IMG/VR virus record: IMGVR_UViG_3300005805_009577 | Span: 32,001-96,000 of that record | Strand: one strand, 5' to 3' | Source of the DNA: a virus | DNA length: 64,000 nt | In this document: piece after piece, positions 8,378 to 17,525 of the stretch | Layout: every line of letters starts with the position of its first letter | Numbering within the stretch: position 1 is the first letter of the stretch | The notes under the pieces: generated by a model | Databases searched by the model: none | What the model saw: only the letters and a program-made list of their open reading frames with translations | Told to the model about the DNA's origin: nothing | Translations under genes and position numbers: made by a program

Positions 8378-8818
8378 ATGCTTTTTAATCAAATAAGTCA
8401 TTTTCAGAAATTGGCTAGAAAGAATTTTGAAGATTTTGGTGAACTAGCACCAGTTATGTTTGGAGTATATAAAGATCCAGAAACTGGAGAATATATTCAA
8501 AAAATTATAGGATTGGTTTTTGGGCCAGAAGATAAAGATGCCTTTACTAATTTTTTGTGTAATGAAATTAGAAACAACAACTTAAAAGAATATTTACTTG
8601 TTTTAGAATCATGGATTACCGAATTTAATATAGAAGGAATTCCAAAAAAATCTGAATGCGTAATGATGGTTTATAGTAGTGCCAAGCAAGAAAAAGTTTG
8701 TATGAGCAGCATCTCACGTTCACCTGATAGATTGGGTGAATGGAAAGATTATAATGCTAAAAATATGCAAGGTAGATTTTTAGGTTTATATAAAAAGGCA
8801 GTTGCCGAATGGAATTAA
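8378..8818 (+). CDS. Hypothetical protein
   Basis: ORF track. Confidence 0.75.
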   Translation: MLFNQISHFQKLARKNFEDFGELAPVMFGVYKDPETGEYIQKIIGLVFGPEDKDAFTNFLCNEIRNNNLKEYLLVLESWITEFNIEGIPKKSECVMMVYSSAKQEKVCMSSISRSPDRLGEWKDYNAKNMQGRFLGLYKKAVAEWN

Positions 8819-9024
8819 AATGGGGCGAGATTAATCGCTGGGCAAAAAATCTAGGATATAAAATAACAAAAAGTGAAAAAGGTTTTTGTTGGATTAAGTT
8901 ATCGGATCAGAATAAAAACAACCAATCAAATAGTTTATCTTTAGTAGTTAAGCAAATTTATAATGATTATACTGATAACAAATGGTTAGATCACCAAAAT
9001 AGTTATCAGGGTTTAAATAAGTAG
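8809..9024 (+). CDS. Small hypothetical protein, probable paralog of 3809..3982
   Basis: MELKWGEINRWAKNLGYKITKSEKGFCWIK aligns by eye with 3809 ORF. Confidence 0.7.
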   Translation: MELKWGEINRWAKNLGYKITKSEKGFCWIKLSDQNKNNQSNSLSLVVKQIYNDYTDNKWLDHQNSYQGLNK

Positions 9025-9049
9025 TTTATTTTTATAAAGGAGGTTTGAT

Positions 9050-9940
9050 ATGAATAATGGTATTTTTAATCCGATTGTAAATGACACTTACTTCATTGAA
9101 GAAGACATTAGTGCTCTTTTTGGGAGAATAGAAAAAAACCGTCATAATAAAACACAAAAAATTCTTCTTCAAGGGCCGCACGGTGCAGGCAAAACAGAAA
9201 TGGCCATGCAATATGCTGCTTTAAACAATCTTCCCATGTTGATTATGGATTGTGCTAATTTGCGTGAGCCTAGAGATTGGTTTGGATACAAAAAGATTGA
9301 AAATGGAAATATAGTTTGGCAAGAAAGCCAGTTTGATAGAGCTATTCAAGCAGGCAATACAGTAATTCTTCTTGATGAAATTAATCGTGTTCATCCTAGT
9401 GTTTTAAATACTTTGCTTCCCCTTCTCGATAACAGAGAGTTCACTTATCTCGAAGAAAAAGGCAATAATATTAGACTCGGCAAAGGAATGGTTTTCTTTG
9501 CCACGATGAATGAGGGTGCCGGTTATAGTGGCACAAGTGCTACTGATTACGCTTTAAGAGATAGATTCAGCAGAGTTGTGGAAGTTAAATATCTACTTCC
9601 CACTAAAGAAAGAGAGCTTCTTGTTAAAAGAACTGGTATTGAAGAAGATGATGCTGCTTCGCTCATAGATATTGCCAATCAAATTAGAAAGAAAAGCGTC
9701 GGTTTAAACAGCAGTTATTCAGGCGGCTTTTCTACTCGACAATTAATTGCTGCTGCAGAGGATTTTGTTGATGGCGGAGTTGATAGTTTAACGTTCACTA
9801 TATCTAATTTGTTTAGTTCGGAGGGCGGAACCACTAGTGAGCGTGCAAGTGTTCTTCAATTAATTCAAGGCAAGTTTGGAATGTCTTCAAAAGCTAAGGA
9901 GACTAAAACTGGCAAGTCTAGGCTTATGGGGACCAAATAA
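9050..9940 (+). CDS. CbbQ/NirQ/CobS-like AAA+ ATPase
   Basis: GPHGAGKT, LLDEINR, ATMNEG.GY.GT, DRF; AAGGAGG RBS. Confidence 0.9.
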   Translation: MNNGIFNPIVNDTYFIEEDISALFGRIEKNRHNKTQKILLQGPHGAGKTEMAMQYAALNNLPMLIMDCANLREPRDWFGYKKIENGNIVWQESQFDRAIQAGNTVILLDEINRVHPSVLNTLLPLLDNREFTYLEEKGNNIRLGKGMVFFATMNEGAGYSGTSATDYALRDRFSRVVEVKYLLPTKERELLVKRTGIEEDDAASLIDIANQIRKKSVGLNSSYSGGFSTRQLIAAAEDFVDGGVDSLTFTISNLFSSEGGTTSERASVLQLIQGKFGMSSKAKETKTGKSRLMGTK

Positions 9941-9942
9941 TA

Positions 9943-11889
9943 ATGTGTGCTAGTTGGTGGCTCGATAAATACGACGTTAATAAAAGTTCATACAAGGCAT
10001 ACAAGTCCTCCAGTGGCGGATCTTGGTGGCGATCTTCTTATAAAAGTGCCACCAAAGGATGGATGGACAAGTTGGGAGGATTTGGATGGTTTGATCTTGA
10101 ATACTCTAATAGAGAAGATAAAAAGAGAAGACTTTATAAAAGAGTGCTAAATCAAATTCAAACTAGTATAAATGTTATTAGTGGGGACAAAGAATTAAAA
10201 GTAAGATGGAGTGATGGAGAAAGCCAAAATTCTCCTGATAGCAATATTGTACATGTCTCTCCAGACAACTTGATAGATGATAGTGAAGTTATAGTTGAAG
10301 ATACTTTGGATGTACTGACCGGGAAAGTATATCTTTCTAGCATATTAAACAAGCAAATTGTTAAAGAGGATTATGCTCTAGCTAATTTGTATAGATCAAA
10401 AGAAAATAGAGACTCTTCTTATGCTCCAACAATTAAACTTTGGGAAGCATTAGAAACTAATATAGCAAAAAAGTTTATAGAAGATAATTGGTGTGGTTTT
10501 ATGCCACATATTATCAAGCATGGAGAATCAATTTGTTCTAAAAAAGAAGCTGTACAGTCTTTTATTGATTCGACTTTATCTACTCCAAATCTGCAAGCTG
10601 TAATTTCTGGAATAGCTTGGAATCTAGTTAATTCTGATGATATGATCGTCATTCCAGATATTTATGAAAAGTGTGTAGATGCTGCTGTAGAAATTTTGGA
10701 AAATCCAGAGTCAGAAAATAAAAAGCTTAGTAGTTGTCGTGAAATAGTTAAAAAAGTCAAAGAAATATTGCAAGAACAACACCAAGAAAACGAAAAACAG
10801 CAAACTGACAACGACAACGACAATCACAATAACGACAACGACAATCACAATAACGACAACGACAATCACAATAACGACAACGACAAATTAAATAAAAGCA
10901 ATTTATCAAAAAGTTTTAAAAGTTTAAAAATAACAGATAGCGAACTTTTTGGATTAAAAGTAAAAAATTCTACTGATGAAAGCTTGGCTCAAATAAAAAA
11001 CGATAAGGATGAAACAGGAAAAGACAGTGTTACCGAAATAAATAGTGTTGATTTGTCTGCAAAATTCAGCAAATTCGTTATACCAGAATATGATTACGCT
11101 TATGATGAAAGCTATAAGAATATAGTTATTGATCTTAATAATTGTATAAATGCGGTAAAAAATAATTTTTATTTTATTAACAATAAAATGTTCTTAAACT
11201 CATTTGGGCATATTTCTGGCGATGTTGATGAAAATAATCTGCACAAGATATTTTTAAACGATGACCGTTTGATGCAAAGAAAAGATATAGTTTCGCAAAA
11301 GAAAATAGCTGTTTGTCTTTTAATAGATGAAAGTGGTTCAATGGAAGACAAATATATCGATGCAAGAAATACCGCTATCATTCTGGCAGAAGGATTAAAA
11401 AATTATTTTGATATATCGATATACGGACATACAGCCGAACAACAAACTAATTATGAGTTTATAAATGGCTGCTTGATTACCGAATATTACACTCCTAGAA
11501 ACAGACACATTCAAACTTGTGTAGAAATATCTTCAAAATCTGAAAACGTAGATGGATTAGCCATAGAACTTGTTGCCAAAAAGTTTGTTGAAGATTACCC
11601 TTATTCTAGAAGAATAATTTTTGTTATTTCTGACGGAGAGCCCGCGTCTACTTATTATGGTGGTGGAGAAGCAGAAGAGCATGTAAATAATGTTTGTGAG
11701 ATGGTAAGAAAGAGAATGGATACAGAAGTTTATGGAATTGGTGTTTGCGATGCATATTCCGACGAAACTGGAGAGTCCCTCTACAGAGAAGGAAATTATG
11801 TAATATTGGAAGATGTGATGTCTTCTGTTGGAATTATTACTAGATTTTTAAAGCAAATCTGTAATAAAAATAAAAGAGTATTGTCGTGA
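9943..11889 (+). CDS. CobT-like vWA domain protein
   Basis: MIDAS DESGS, ENVDG, SDGEP; follows AAA gene. Confidence 0.8.
   Translation: MCASWWLDKYDVNKSSYKAYKSSSGGSWWRSSYKSATKGWMDKLGGFGWFDLEYSNREDKKRRLYKRVLNQIQTSINVISGDKELKVRWSDGESQNSPDSNIVHVSPDNLIDDSEVIVEDTLDVLTGKVYLSSILNKQIVKEDYALANLYRSKENRDSSYAPTIKLWEALETNIAKKFIEDNWCGFMPHIIKHGESICSKKEAVQSFIDSTLSTPNLQAVISGIAWNLVNSDDMIVIPDIYEKCVDAAVEILENPESENKKLSSCREIVKKVKEILQEQHQENEKQQTDNDNDNHNNDNDNHNNDNDNHNNDNDKLNKSNLSKSFKSLKITDSELFGLKVKNSTDESLAQIKNDKDETGKDSVTEINSVDLSAKFSKFVIPEYDYAYDESYKNIVIDLNNCINAVKNNFYFINNKMFLNSFGHISGDVDENNLHKIFLNDDRLMQRKDIVSQKKIAVCLLIDESGSMEDKYIDARNTAIILAEGLKNYFDISIYGHTAEQQTNYEFINGCLITEYYTPRNRHIQTCVEISSKSENVDGLAIELVAKKFVEDYPYSRRIIFVISDGEPASTYYGGGEAEEHVNNVCEMVRKRMDTEVYGIGVCDAYSDETGESLYREGNYVILEDVMSSVGIITRFLKQICNKNKRVLS
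10807..10886 (+). repeat. 21-bp in-frame tandem repeat (AACGACAACGACAATCACAAT x about 3.7)
   Basis: Units start at 10810, 10831, 10852 and 10873 (partial); encodes NDNDNHN. Confidence 0.9.
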
Positions 11890-12392
11890 TTAATTGTCCA
11901 GCCACAAAAATGTCTAAGTCATACACTATTCCTGTCCTTCCAAAAAAAGTTATTTGTGTGAATGGCACAAAAACAAGAGTTTATGAAAGATCTATAGACT
12001 TTAATTGTCAAACGGGGGGTGATGGTTATTGGAGTGATTTGTGCATCGAAGTTAATCATCGAAAGATTGCTTTATTTACGCTAGACTCTTTTATTTTTGA
12101 ATTAAGAGTGTATTTTGATAACATTCAATGGAATGTAGATGAAGTAGGTTTAATTTACACTGACTCTCATTGGATAAAAGATTTTAAGCTTAATTTATCT
12201 AAATTAGGGTTTGACAAAAATGCCACAGACTGCCTAGAATACAGCGAACAAGGCATGCAGGGAAATGATTATGTTTCTTTGGATGTCGGAAGGCCAGCTT
12301 TAGGGTTTATAAAACAATATTTTGATTTGCTTTATAAAGATAAGAAAAAAAAACTAGATAGCTTTTCTAATTTAGAAATTTTAGGGTTTTAA
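11886..12392 (+). CDS. Hypothetical protein
   Basis: ORF track. Confidence 0.7.
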   Translation: MINCPATKMSKSYTIPVLPKKVICVNGTKTRVYERSIDFNCQTGGDGYWSDLCIEVNHRKIALFTLDSFIFELRVYFDNIQWNVDEVGLIYTDSHWIKDFKLNLSKLGFDKNATDCLEYSEQGMQGNDYVSLDVGRPALGFIKQYFDLLYKDKKKKLDSFSNLEILGF

Positions 12393-12394
12393 TT

Positions 12395-12823
12395 ATGAAA
12401 GTAGTCATAAATGACGGTGGTAGAAAAGAAGCTGGTTATGGTGGCAAAAATTCTAGAGATTGTGTTTGTCGTGCAATTGCTATAGCAACAAAACAAGATT
12501 ATCAAATTGTTTATGACTCATTAAACACACTGGCAGAAAGAGAAAGGCCTAGGGGGAATAAATCTAGAAGCCATGCCAACAAAGGTATTAGTCGGCCAAC
12601 TATTAAAAGATATATGAGTTCCATAGGATGGACTTGGACCCCTACTATGGGTGTAGGCACAGGATGTAAAGTCCATTTAAGAAAAGATGAATTGCCGGCT
12701 GGTCGCCTTGTAGTTAGTGTTAGCAAGCATTTGGTTGCTGTAATAGATGGTGTTATTCATGACAACCACGACCCTAGCAGGGGTGGAACTCGTTGTGTTT
12801 ACGGCTATTGGACTAAGGAATAA
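12395..12823 (+). CDS. Conserved phage protein (DCVCRAIAIA / H..AVIDGVIHD family)
   Basis: Recurrent phage motif pattern; possible Cys-His catalytic fold. Confidence 0.75.
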   Translation: MKVVINDGGRKEAGYGGKNSRDCVCRAIAIATKQDYQIVYDSLNTLAERERPRGNKSRSHANKGISRPTIKRYMSSIGWTWTPTMGVGTGCKVHLRKDELPAGRLVVSVSKHLVAVIDGVIHDNHDPSRGGTRCVYGYWTKE

Positions 12824-12826
12824 ATA

Positions 12827-13051
12827 ATGACAACAATATTTTGTTATAAAAAGATAACAACAAAAGAGCTTGAAAAAATTTTTAAGAATACAGTGAAAGA
12901 TATTTCTGCTTGGTTTGTTGAAAACCCAAAAAGAAGAGTGTGCAGAGCATCTTGGGTTTATGGTGAACATTTTAAAGTAAGAAAAAATTATGTAAAAGAA
13001 GATGTTGAAAAAATGTATCAAAAAACTATATTAGATACATTCAAATCTTGA
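12827..13051 (+). CDS. Hypothetical protein
   Basis: ORF track. Confidence 0.7.
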   Translation: MTTIFCYKKITTKELEKIFKNTVKDISAWFVENPKRRVCRASWVYGEHFKVRKNYVKEDVEKMYQKTILDTFKS

Positions 13052-13059
13052 GGTATATT

Positions 13060-13839
13060 ATGTTAAAAAATAGATGGAATTATTGGAGCTGCGGCAAATT
13101 CGCAGAATGGATTAGGGGCGAAAAGAAACCTTTGGCTCTTACTATGGAAGAGTGGGAGGCTTGGAGAAAGGAATTAAAGAAAAAATCTCCCTATAGGTAT
13201 TATTTTTCAGAAGTTCTTCTAAATAAAATTCAAAATATCGTTTGCTGGCCGAGTGATGTTGTTAATTCTATTAGAGCTTATATTGAAAATAGATACATAA
13301 CTAAAACTCATTATTTAAAAACCGGATTGGAGCCTGGGCAATATCACGAACTTGATGATCGAATTCTTTTTGGTCTTTTTAATGAATTGGTTGACTTTAT
13401 AGAAGTAGAACAGGCTTGGCTGTATTCATTGGGAAACAAAGAGAAAAAGTATATATTTAAAAAAGGTAGGTGTATAGAAGCAGGAGTAGACTATTTAAAT
13501 TGGGCCTCCGAACTTAAATACGAAGAAGATTGTGGTATTTATAAAGATGATCCTAATTATGGAGAGCCTACAAGACAAGCTTTGGCTGCTAAAAAAATTC
13601 TAGAATTATATAATTGGTGGAAAAATAGACCCAAAAGACCGGATCCAATGGACTTAAGTGGATGGTCAAAATATTGCGAAGACAATAAAAGTGAAGACGG
13701 AATATATCCATCATTTAAAAAAGATGAAAAAAAGTCTGAAATATTTGAAAAACTAGAAGAAATAGAAGAGCAATATGAAAAAGAAGATGAAGCTATGCTT
13801 ATAGATTTGATTAAAATAAGAAAAAGTTTGTGGACTTAA
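13060..13839 (+). CDS. Conserved large-phage hypothetical protein
   Basis: Trp-rich; FNELVDFIEVE.AW and ELYNWWK.RP motifs. Confidence 0.75.
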   Translation: MLKNRWNYWSCGKFAEWIRGEKKPLALTMEEWEAWRKELKKKSPYRYYFSEVLLNKIQNIVCWPSDVVNSIRAYIENRYITKTHYLKTGLEPGQYHELDDRILFGLFNELVDFIEVEQAWLYSLGNKEKKYIFKKGRCIEAGVDYLNWASELKYEEDCGIYKDDPNYGEPTRQALAAKKILELYNWWKNRPKRPDPMDLSGWSKYCEDNKSEDGIYPSFKKDEKKSEIFEKLEEIEEQYEKEDEAMLIDLIKIRKSLWT

Positions 13840-13850
13840 TTTTATAAAGC

Positions 13851-14594
13851 TTGAAAATGAAAATTGGAAAAGTTATACAAACTAATCGTAAAAAATTTAA
13901 TATAACTCAAAAAGAGTTGGCAAAGACCCTTAATGTGAGCCACATTACAGTCTGTAGATGGGAAACAAATAAGATCACCCCCACAGACAGTAATTGGGTT
14001 ATTTTGCAAAATTTATTTGGCCTGAGAAAAGATAATTTAGTAGTTCCGGTTAAAGGAAACGTTAAAGTTATTAAACCTTTAACAAAAACTGACAAACCTA
14101 AAAAATTCCGTACTTATAAAGGTTTGGCTACCAAAATGCAAAATCAATATAAATTAAGAAGACAAGAAATAGCTGAATTAAAATCTGCAGGAATATCTGC
14201 GGTAGAGATAGCAAAAAGATTCAATATATCCAGGCAGGCTGTTTATCAATTATTAAAAAAGGCAGATAAAGAAGGTGTACCTGTAACGTATAATAAGCAC
14301 GTTAAAAGAGTCAATATTTGTCATATTTGTAATAAAAAGTTTAATGGTTCTTCTAAAGACGTAAAAACTTGTAGCAGTGATTGTAGAGCTATACTTAGAA
14401 GTCGTTTTTTTGCTCAAAAAGAAAGTAAGTGGAGCAGACATTTTTTCTTAGAATTAACTTGTGATAATTGTTCTAAAAAATTTACAAGAACAAAATATTT
14501 AGATTCTATTGCAAAAAACGCTGTTAAACATAAAAAACATAAAAATAATTATTGTAGTAGAGATTGTTATCATAATAGAAACACTCGTAGTTAA
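13851..14594 (+). CDS. XRE-HTH plus second HTH plus zinc-finger regulator
   Basis: TQKELAKTLNVSHITVCRWE; EIAKRFNISRQAVYQ; CHIC..F..CSSDC and CDNC..F..YCSRDC. Confidence 0.8.
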   Translation: MKMKIGKVIQTNRKKFNITQKELAKTLNVSHITVCRWETNKITPTDSNWVILQNLFGLRKDNLVVPVKGNVKVIKPLTKTDKPKKFRTYKGLATKMQNQYKLRRQEIAELKSAGISAVEIAKRFNISRQAVYQLLKKADKEGVPVTYNKHVKRVNICHICNKKFNGSSKDVKTCSSDCRAILRSRFFAQKESKWSRHFFLELTCDNCSKKFTRTKYLDSIAKNAVKHKKHKNNYCSRDCYHNRNTRS

Positions 14595-14783
14595 GGCATA
14601 ACAAGATGGATATCACATTTTTTCAATATTCTTGTGCTATTTTGAGTTGCACCTTGATGGGTTTTGTGGTTGGGCTATCTTTTGCGGCTTTATTATTTAA
14701 TAAATAATTTAACACAATTTTTTTTAAATATTCTTAAAATCTATTTTAAATGTATTTGAACAAACAAATCAAATGATTCTTCT

Positions 14784-14803
14784 GGTACGTATAAAGGGTG
14801 TTG
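14784..14803 (+). promoter_or_regulatory. Putative phage promoter GGTACG-N8-GTGTTG
   Basis: Bipartite motif shared with 1331, 49593 and 60930. Confidence 0.6.
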
Positions 14804-14857
14804 CGACGATGGCACGTTGCTGTCGGTAACATGGTTGATGAAAAAAGGAGAATGATT

Positions 14858-15136
14858 ATGCCGCGTGTTAAGAATCAGGAGGCTGTTGCTCTTGATAAGT
14901 TTCTTGAGGCCGTTCACCGTCACGTTGCTGCCGGTCATACGGTTGAAGAGTGTGCTAAGGATCTTAATCTTAAGCCCGCTTCGGTTTCGGTTCGTCTTTC
15001 GCAGCTTCGCAAGAAGTTTAAGGACGCTGGGATTGAAATGGACATTCCTCGCTTCAAGGGTGGCGTTCGTAAGTCCACGCTTATCGACGAGGCCAAGGTT
15101 ATCCTTGAGCGGCTTCAGTCGAAGAAGAGCCGCTGA
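14858..15136 (+). CDS. Small basic HTH DNA-binding protein (paralog of 60992..61318)
   Basis: HTVEECAKDLNLKPASVSVRLSQLRKK; AAGGAG RBS 7 nt before ATG 14858; extreme codon bias. Confidence 0.8.
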   Translation: MPRVKNQEAVALDKFLEAVHRHVAAGHTVEECAKDLNLKPASVSVRLSQLRKKFKDAGIEMDIPRFKGGVRKSTLIDEAKVILERLQSKKSR

Positions 15137-15167
15137 TATTGTTCTGAACAAAAATAAAATTTTTTGT

Positions 15168-15202
15168 ATAACCGGCGTATTGACACGCCGGTTATTTTTT
15201 TT
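15168..15202 (+). terminator. Intrinsic terminator
   Basis: ATAACCGGCGT-ATTGAC-ACGCCGGTTAT followed by T-tract. Confidence 0.85.
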
Positions 15203-15208
15203 TATAAT
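15180..15208 (+). promoter_or_regulatory. Perfect sigma70 promoter TTGACA-N17-TATAAT
   Basis: -35 at 15180-15185 (in terminator loop), -10 at 15203-15208. Confidence 0.75.
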
Positions 15209-15234
15209 GGTAAAAATTAACAAGGAGTTTAAAT

Positions 15235-15450
15235 ATGAAACTAGAGCAATCTAAAATAGTTGAGTGGAAAAGCGAAGATGGAAAGAAGATACTGTGGATA
15301 ATCACCGACCAAGAAAACATGGGTGTTGTGATACACTCTGATGACTTGTTAAAGCTTGGCACAACAACTAATTTAAAAGATTATAATGTTGCACCTTTTA
15401 TCGGTTCGGTAAAAATTAATTCTGATGTGAGTAATGAACAAAGATCTTAG
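15235..15450 (+). CDS. Hypothetical protein
   Basis: AAGGAG RBS; ORF track. Confidence 0.75.
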   Translation: MKLEQSKIVEWKSEDGKKILWIITDQENMGVVIHSDDLLKLGTTTNLKDYNVAPFIGSVKINSDVSNEQRS

Positions 15451-15760
15451 GTATTTTGAAAATATAAAAAAAATAGAAATTGATTACCCAGATAAATATA
15501 CTTTTATTTGTTATAACGATATTTTAGATAAAATAAAAATTAAGATAAATGAAAAAGAAGTAGATAAATCTTCTTTGATTCTTAAGTCTAAATATCTTAA
15601 ACAAATAAAGTTTGAGACCGTTGTTTTTATTTGGTTAGAAAAAGAAGGTTATATTAAAAATTTTTCTGAATTTTGTGAAGATGCTATAATACCATCTGAT
15701 GAGTATTGTAAAAAAAATAATATTCAATTTTTGAGGTTTTACACATTTCACAAGGAGTAA
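15434..15760 (+). CDS. Hypothetical protein
   Basis: ORF track. Confidence 0.7.
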   Translation: MNKDLRYFENIKKIEIDYPDKYTFICYNDILDKIKIKINEKEVDKSSLILKSKYLKQIKFETVVFIWLEKEGYIKNFSEFCEDAIIPSDEYCKKNNIQFLRFYTFHKE

Positions 15761-15764
15761 AATT

Positions 15765-16127
15765 ATGCCATACATTGATTTGGAAAGAAGACAAAAACTT
15801 GATAATTCTATTAACCAAATGATTCTTTCTTTAAAAGAATTATTGGGAGCAGAAGACAATCTTTTTAATAAGGAAAAAATAAGTAATGAAGAGTTTGTCC
15901 AGCTTCTTGGCGACTTAAACTATTGTTTTTCTAGAGTTTTGTCTGGACTGATGACCGATGTTAGTTATTCTAAAATAGCGATGATTACCGGCGTATTGGA
16001 GAATATTAAACAAGAATACTATAGAAGAGTTGCAGTCCCATACGAAGATAAAAAAATTGATCAAAACGGGGATATAAAAGAATATCTAAAAAATCCACCA
16101 AATGAATGCCGCCATAGATGGAGATAA
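15765..16127 (+). CDS. Conserved phage protein (DUF6899-like)
   Basis: MPYI, G.LNY, GVLENIKQEYYRRVA.PYED.K...NGD. Confidence 0.7.
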   Translation: MPYIDLERRQKLDNSINQMILSLKELLGAEDNLFNKEKISNEEFVQLLGDLNYCFSRVLSGLMTDVSYSKIAMITGVLENIKQEYYRRVAVPYEDKKIDQNGDIKEYLKNPPNECRHRWR

Positions 16128-16738
16128 TTTTGGAAAAGCCTGGATTTATTCATATAACTAAAACAGGCGGAGCATGTATTAAAAATACAATAATGCAATC
16201 TTATAAAGATTATTTTTTATTAGATGGATTCTACAATGAATACCATGATTTAGATACTTCGTATTTTGAAAATCCGTTCGCCATAATTAGAGACCCAGTG
16301 GATAGATTTTTTTCTTTATATTATTATTGGAAGAACGGATCAGAAATTTTTAAAGAAAAATTACCAGATTACACAATCAGTGATTTTATTTATTTTTTGA
16401 AAATAGATGATTGTGCACTCAACACTAGTAGAACTTGGATAAGCTTTTTTAAACCACAATCGGAATGGATAAAAGAAGAAGATTATAAAAAAACTGTGAT
16501 TTTGATTTATAAAAAAAATCTTAACCAAACCTTTGATCAATTGCTTAATTATTACAATATACCAATTAGAAACGAATTATCTGAATTTAATGTTACTAAA
16601 AATAAAAGTGACAAACTAGGTGTTTATCTTTTTGCAAAAAATTTAAACGAGTTTATACAGACCAAATATCAATCTGATTTCGATCTGTATGATAAAGCTT
16701 TAAATAACCCGGAGTTATTTAGAAAAGTTATACTGTAA
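16118..16738 (+). CDS. Sulfotransferase family 2 protein
   Basis: FIHITKTGG (PAPS 5'-PSB), IRDPVDRFFS.Y, Y..DF.L. Confidence 0.85.
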   Translation: MEIILEKPGFIHITKTGGACIKNTIMQSYKDYFLLDGFYNEYHDLDTSYFENPFAIIRDPVDRFFSLYYYWKNGSEIFKEKLPDYTISDFIYFLKIDDCALNTSRTWISFFKPQSEWIKEEDYKKTVILIYKKNLNQTFDQLLNYYNIPIRNELSEFNVTKNKSDKLGVYLFAKNLNEFIQTKYQSDFDLYDKALNNPELFRKVIL

Positions 16739-16751
16739 GGAGGAATTTACA

Positions 16752-17507
16752 TTGATAGTTAAATATAGAAAATATTTAAATGATATTGTTGTTCCAAAGA
16801 AAATAAAAATAAAAGTGCCGGGTTGGGCTGGAAACCCTGGCTATGATGAACCAAGTCCTTGGCATTGTAAGCCTTTTATTGACGCTTGTTGCTATTCTTA
16901 CGAATTGTCTTATCCATTTGACGGAGAACTGTTTGTTAAAAAGCAAAACGGGAAAATTATTTTTGAATCTGAAAATAAACTTGCTTTAAAATACATAGAA
17001 GAATTTGCACCCAATTATTACAGCATATCTAGTTTTATAGATTTAATACCACCAGAGGGCTTTTTGACTAGATTAGAGCCTCATCCAAGATTTTATACCG
17101 ACCATACAGGTACTTGCCCTATTGCCGTTTCTGGTCACATTAAGAGATTCTGGTCTAGAGTTTTTTTTGTTGTGTTTAAAGCCCCGCTAGAGGGACAGGT
17201 TAACATTTTTTCTCATAATCAGCCTTATGCAAGCTTATTGTTTATTCCGGAAAATCCAAGCTTTGAATTAAGCAAAATGAACTCTGAGGAAATTAAGTCT
17301 AGGGAAAATTTAGAGGCAACAATACATGAAAAAAGCGATAAAATCGCCACTCACAAATGGACTGATGCCAAAGGAAATAATTTTAACAATAAGTATAAAG
17401 TTTTAAATAAAATATATGAAAAAAGCGGAATTGATGCCGTTTTTGGATTTTTAAATAAATTTAAGCCATTAAAAATTAAAAAATGTTTAATTAAATTTAA
17501 AAAATAG
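16752..17507 (+). CDS. DUF6065-like protein (distant paralog of 48542..49354)
   Basis: HCKPF..A..Y.YEL..P and downstream beta-rich pattern parallel the 48542 ORF. Confidence 0.5.
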   Translation: MIVKYRKYLNDIVVPKKIKIKVPGWAGNPGYDEPSPWHCKPFIDACCYSYELSYPFDGELFVKKQNGKIIFESENKLALKYIEEFAPNYYSISSFIDLIPPEGFLTRLEPHPRFYTDHTGTCPIAVSGHIKRFWSRVFFVVFKAPLEGQVNIFSHNQPYASLLFIPENPSFELSKMNSEEIKSRENLEATIHEKSDKIATHKWTDAKGNNFNNKYKVLNKIYEKSGIDAVFGFLNKFKPLKIKKCLIKFKK

Positions 17508-17525
17508 TTAATATATAATCTTGAA

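Noticed and set aside
10807-10886. Tandem repeat as a mini-CRISPR array
   Set aside because: Units are head-to-tail with no spacers, in frame within a CDS, and no cas genes are present.
14784-14803. TGGTACG as a sigma54 -24 box
   Set aside because: No GC/TTGC -12 element 10 nt after the GG at the sites checked (14784, 57543, 60930).
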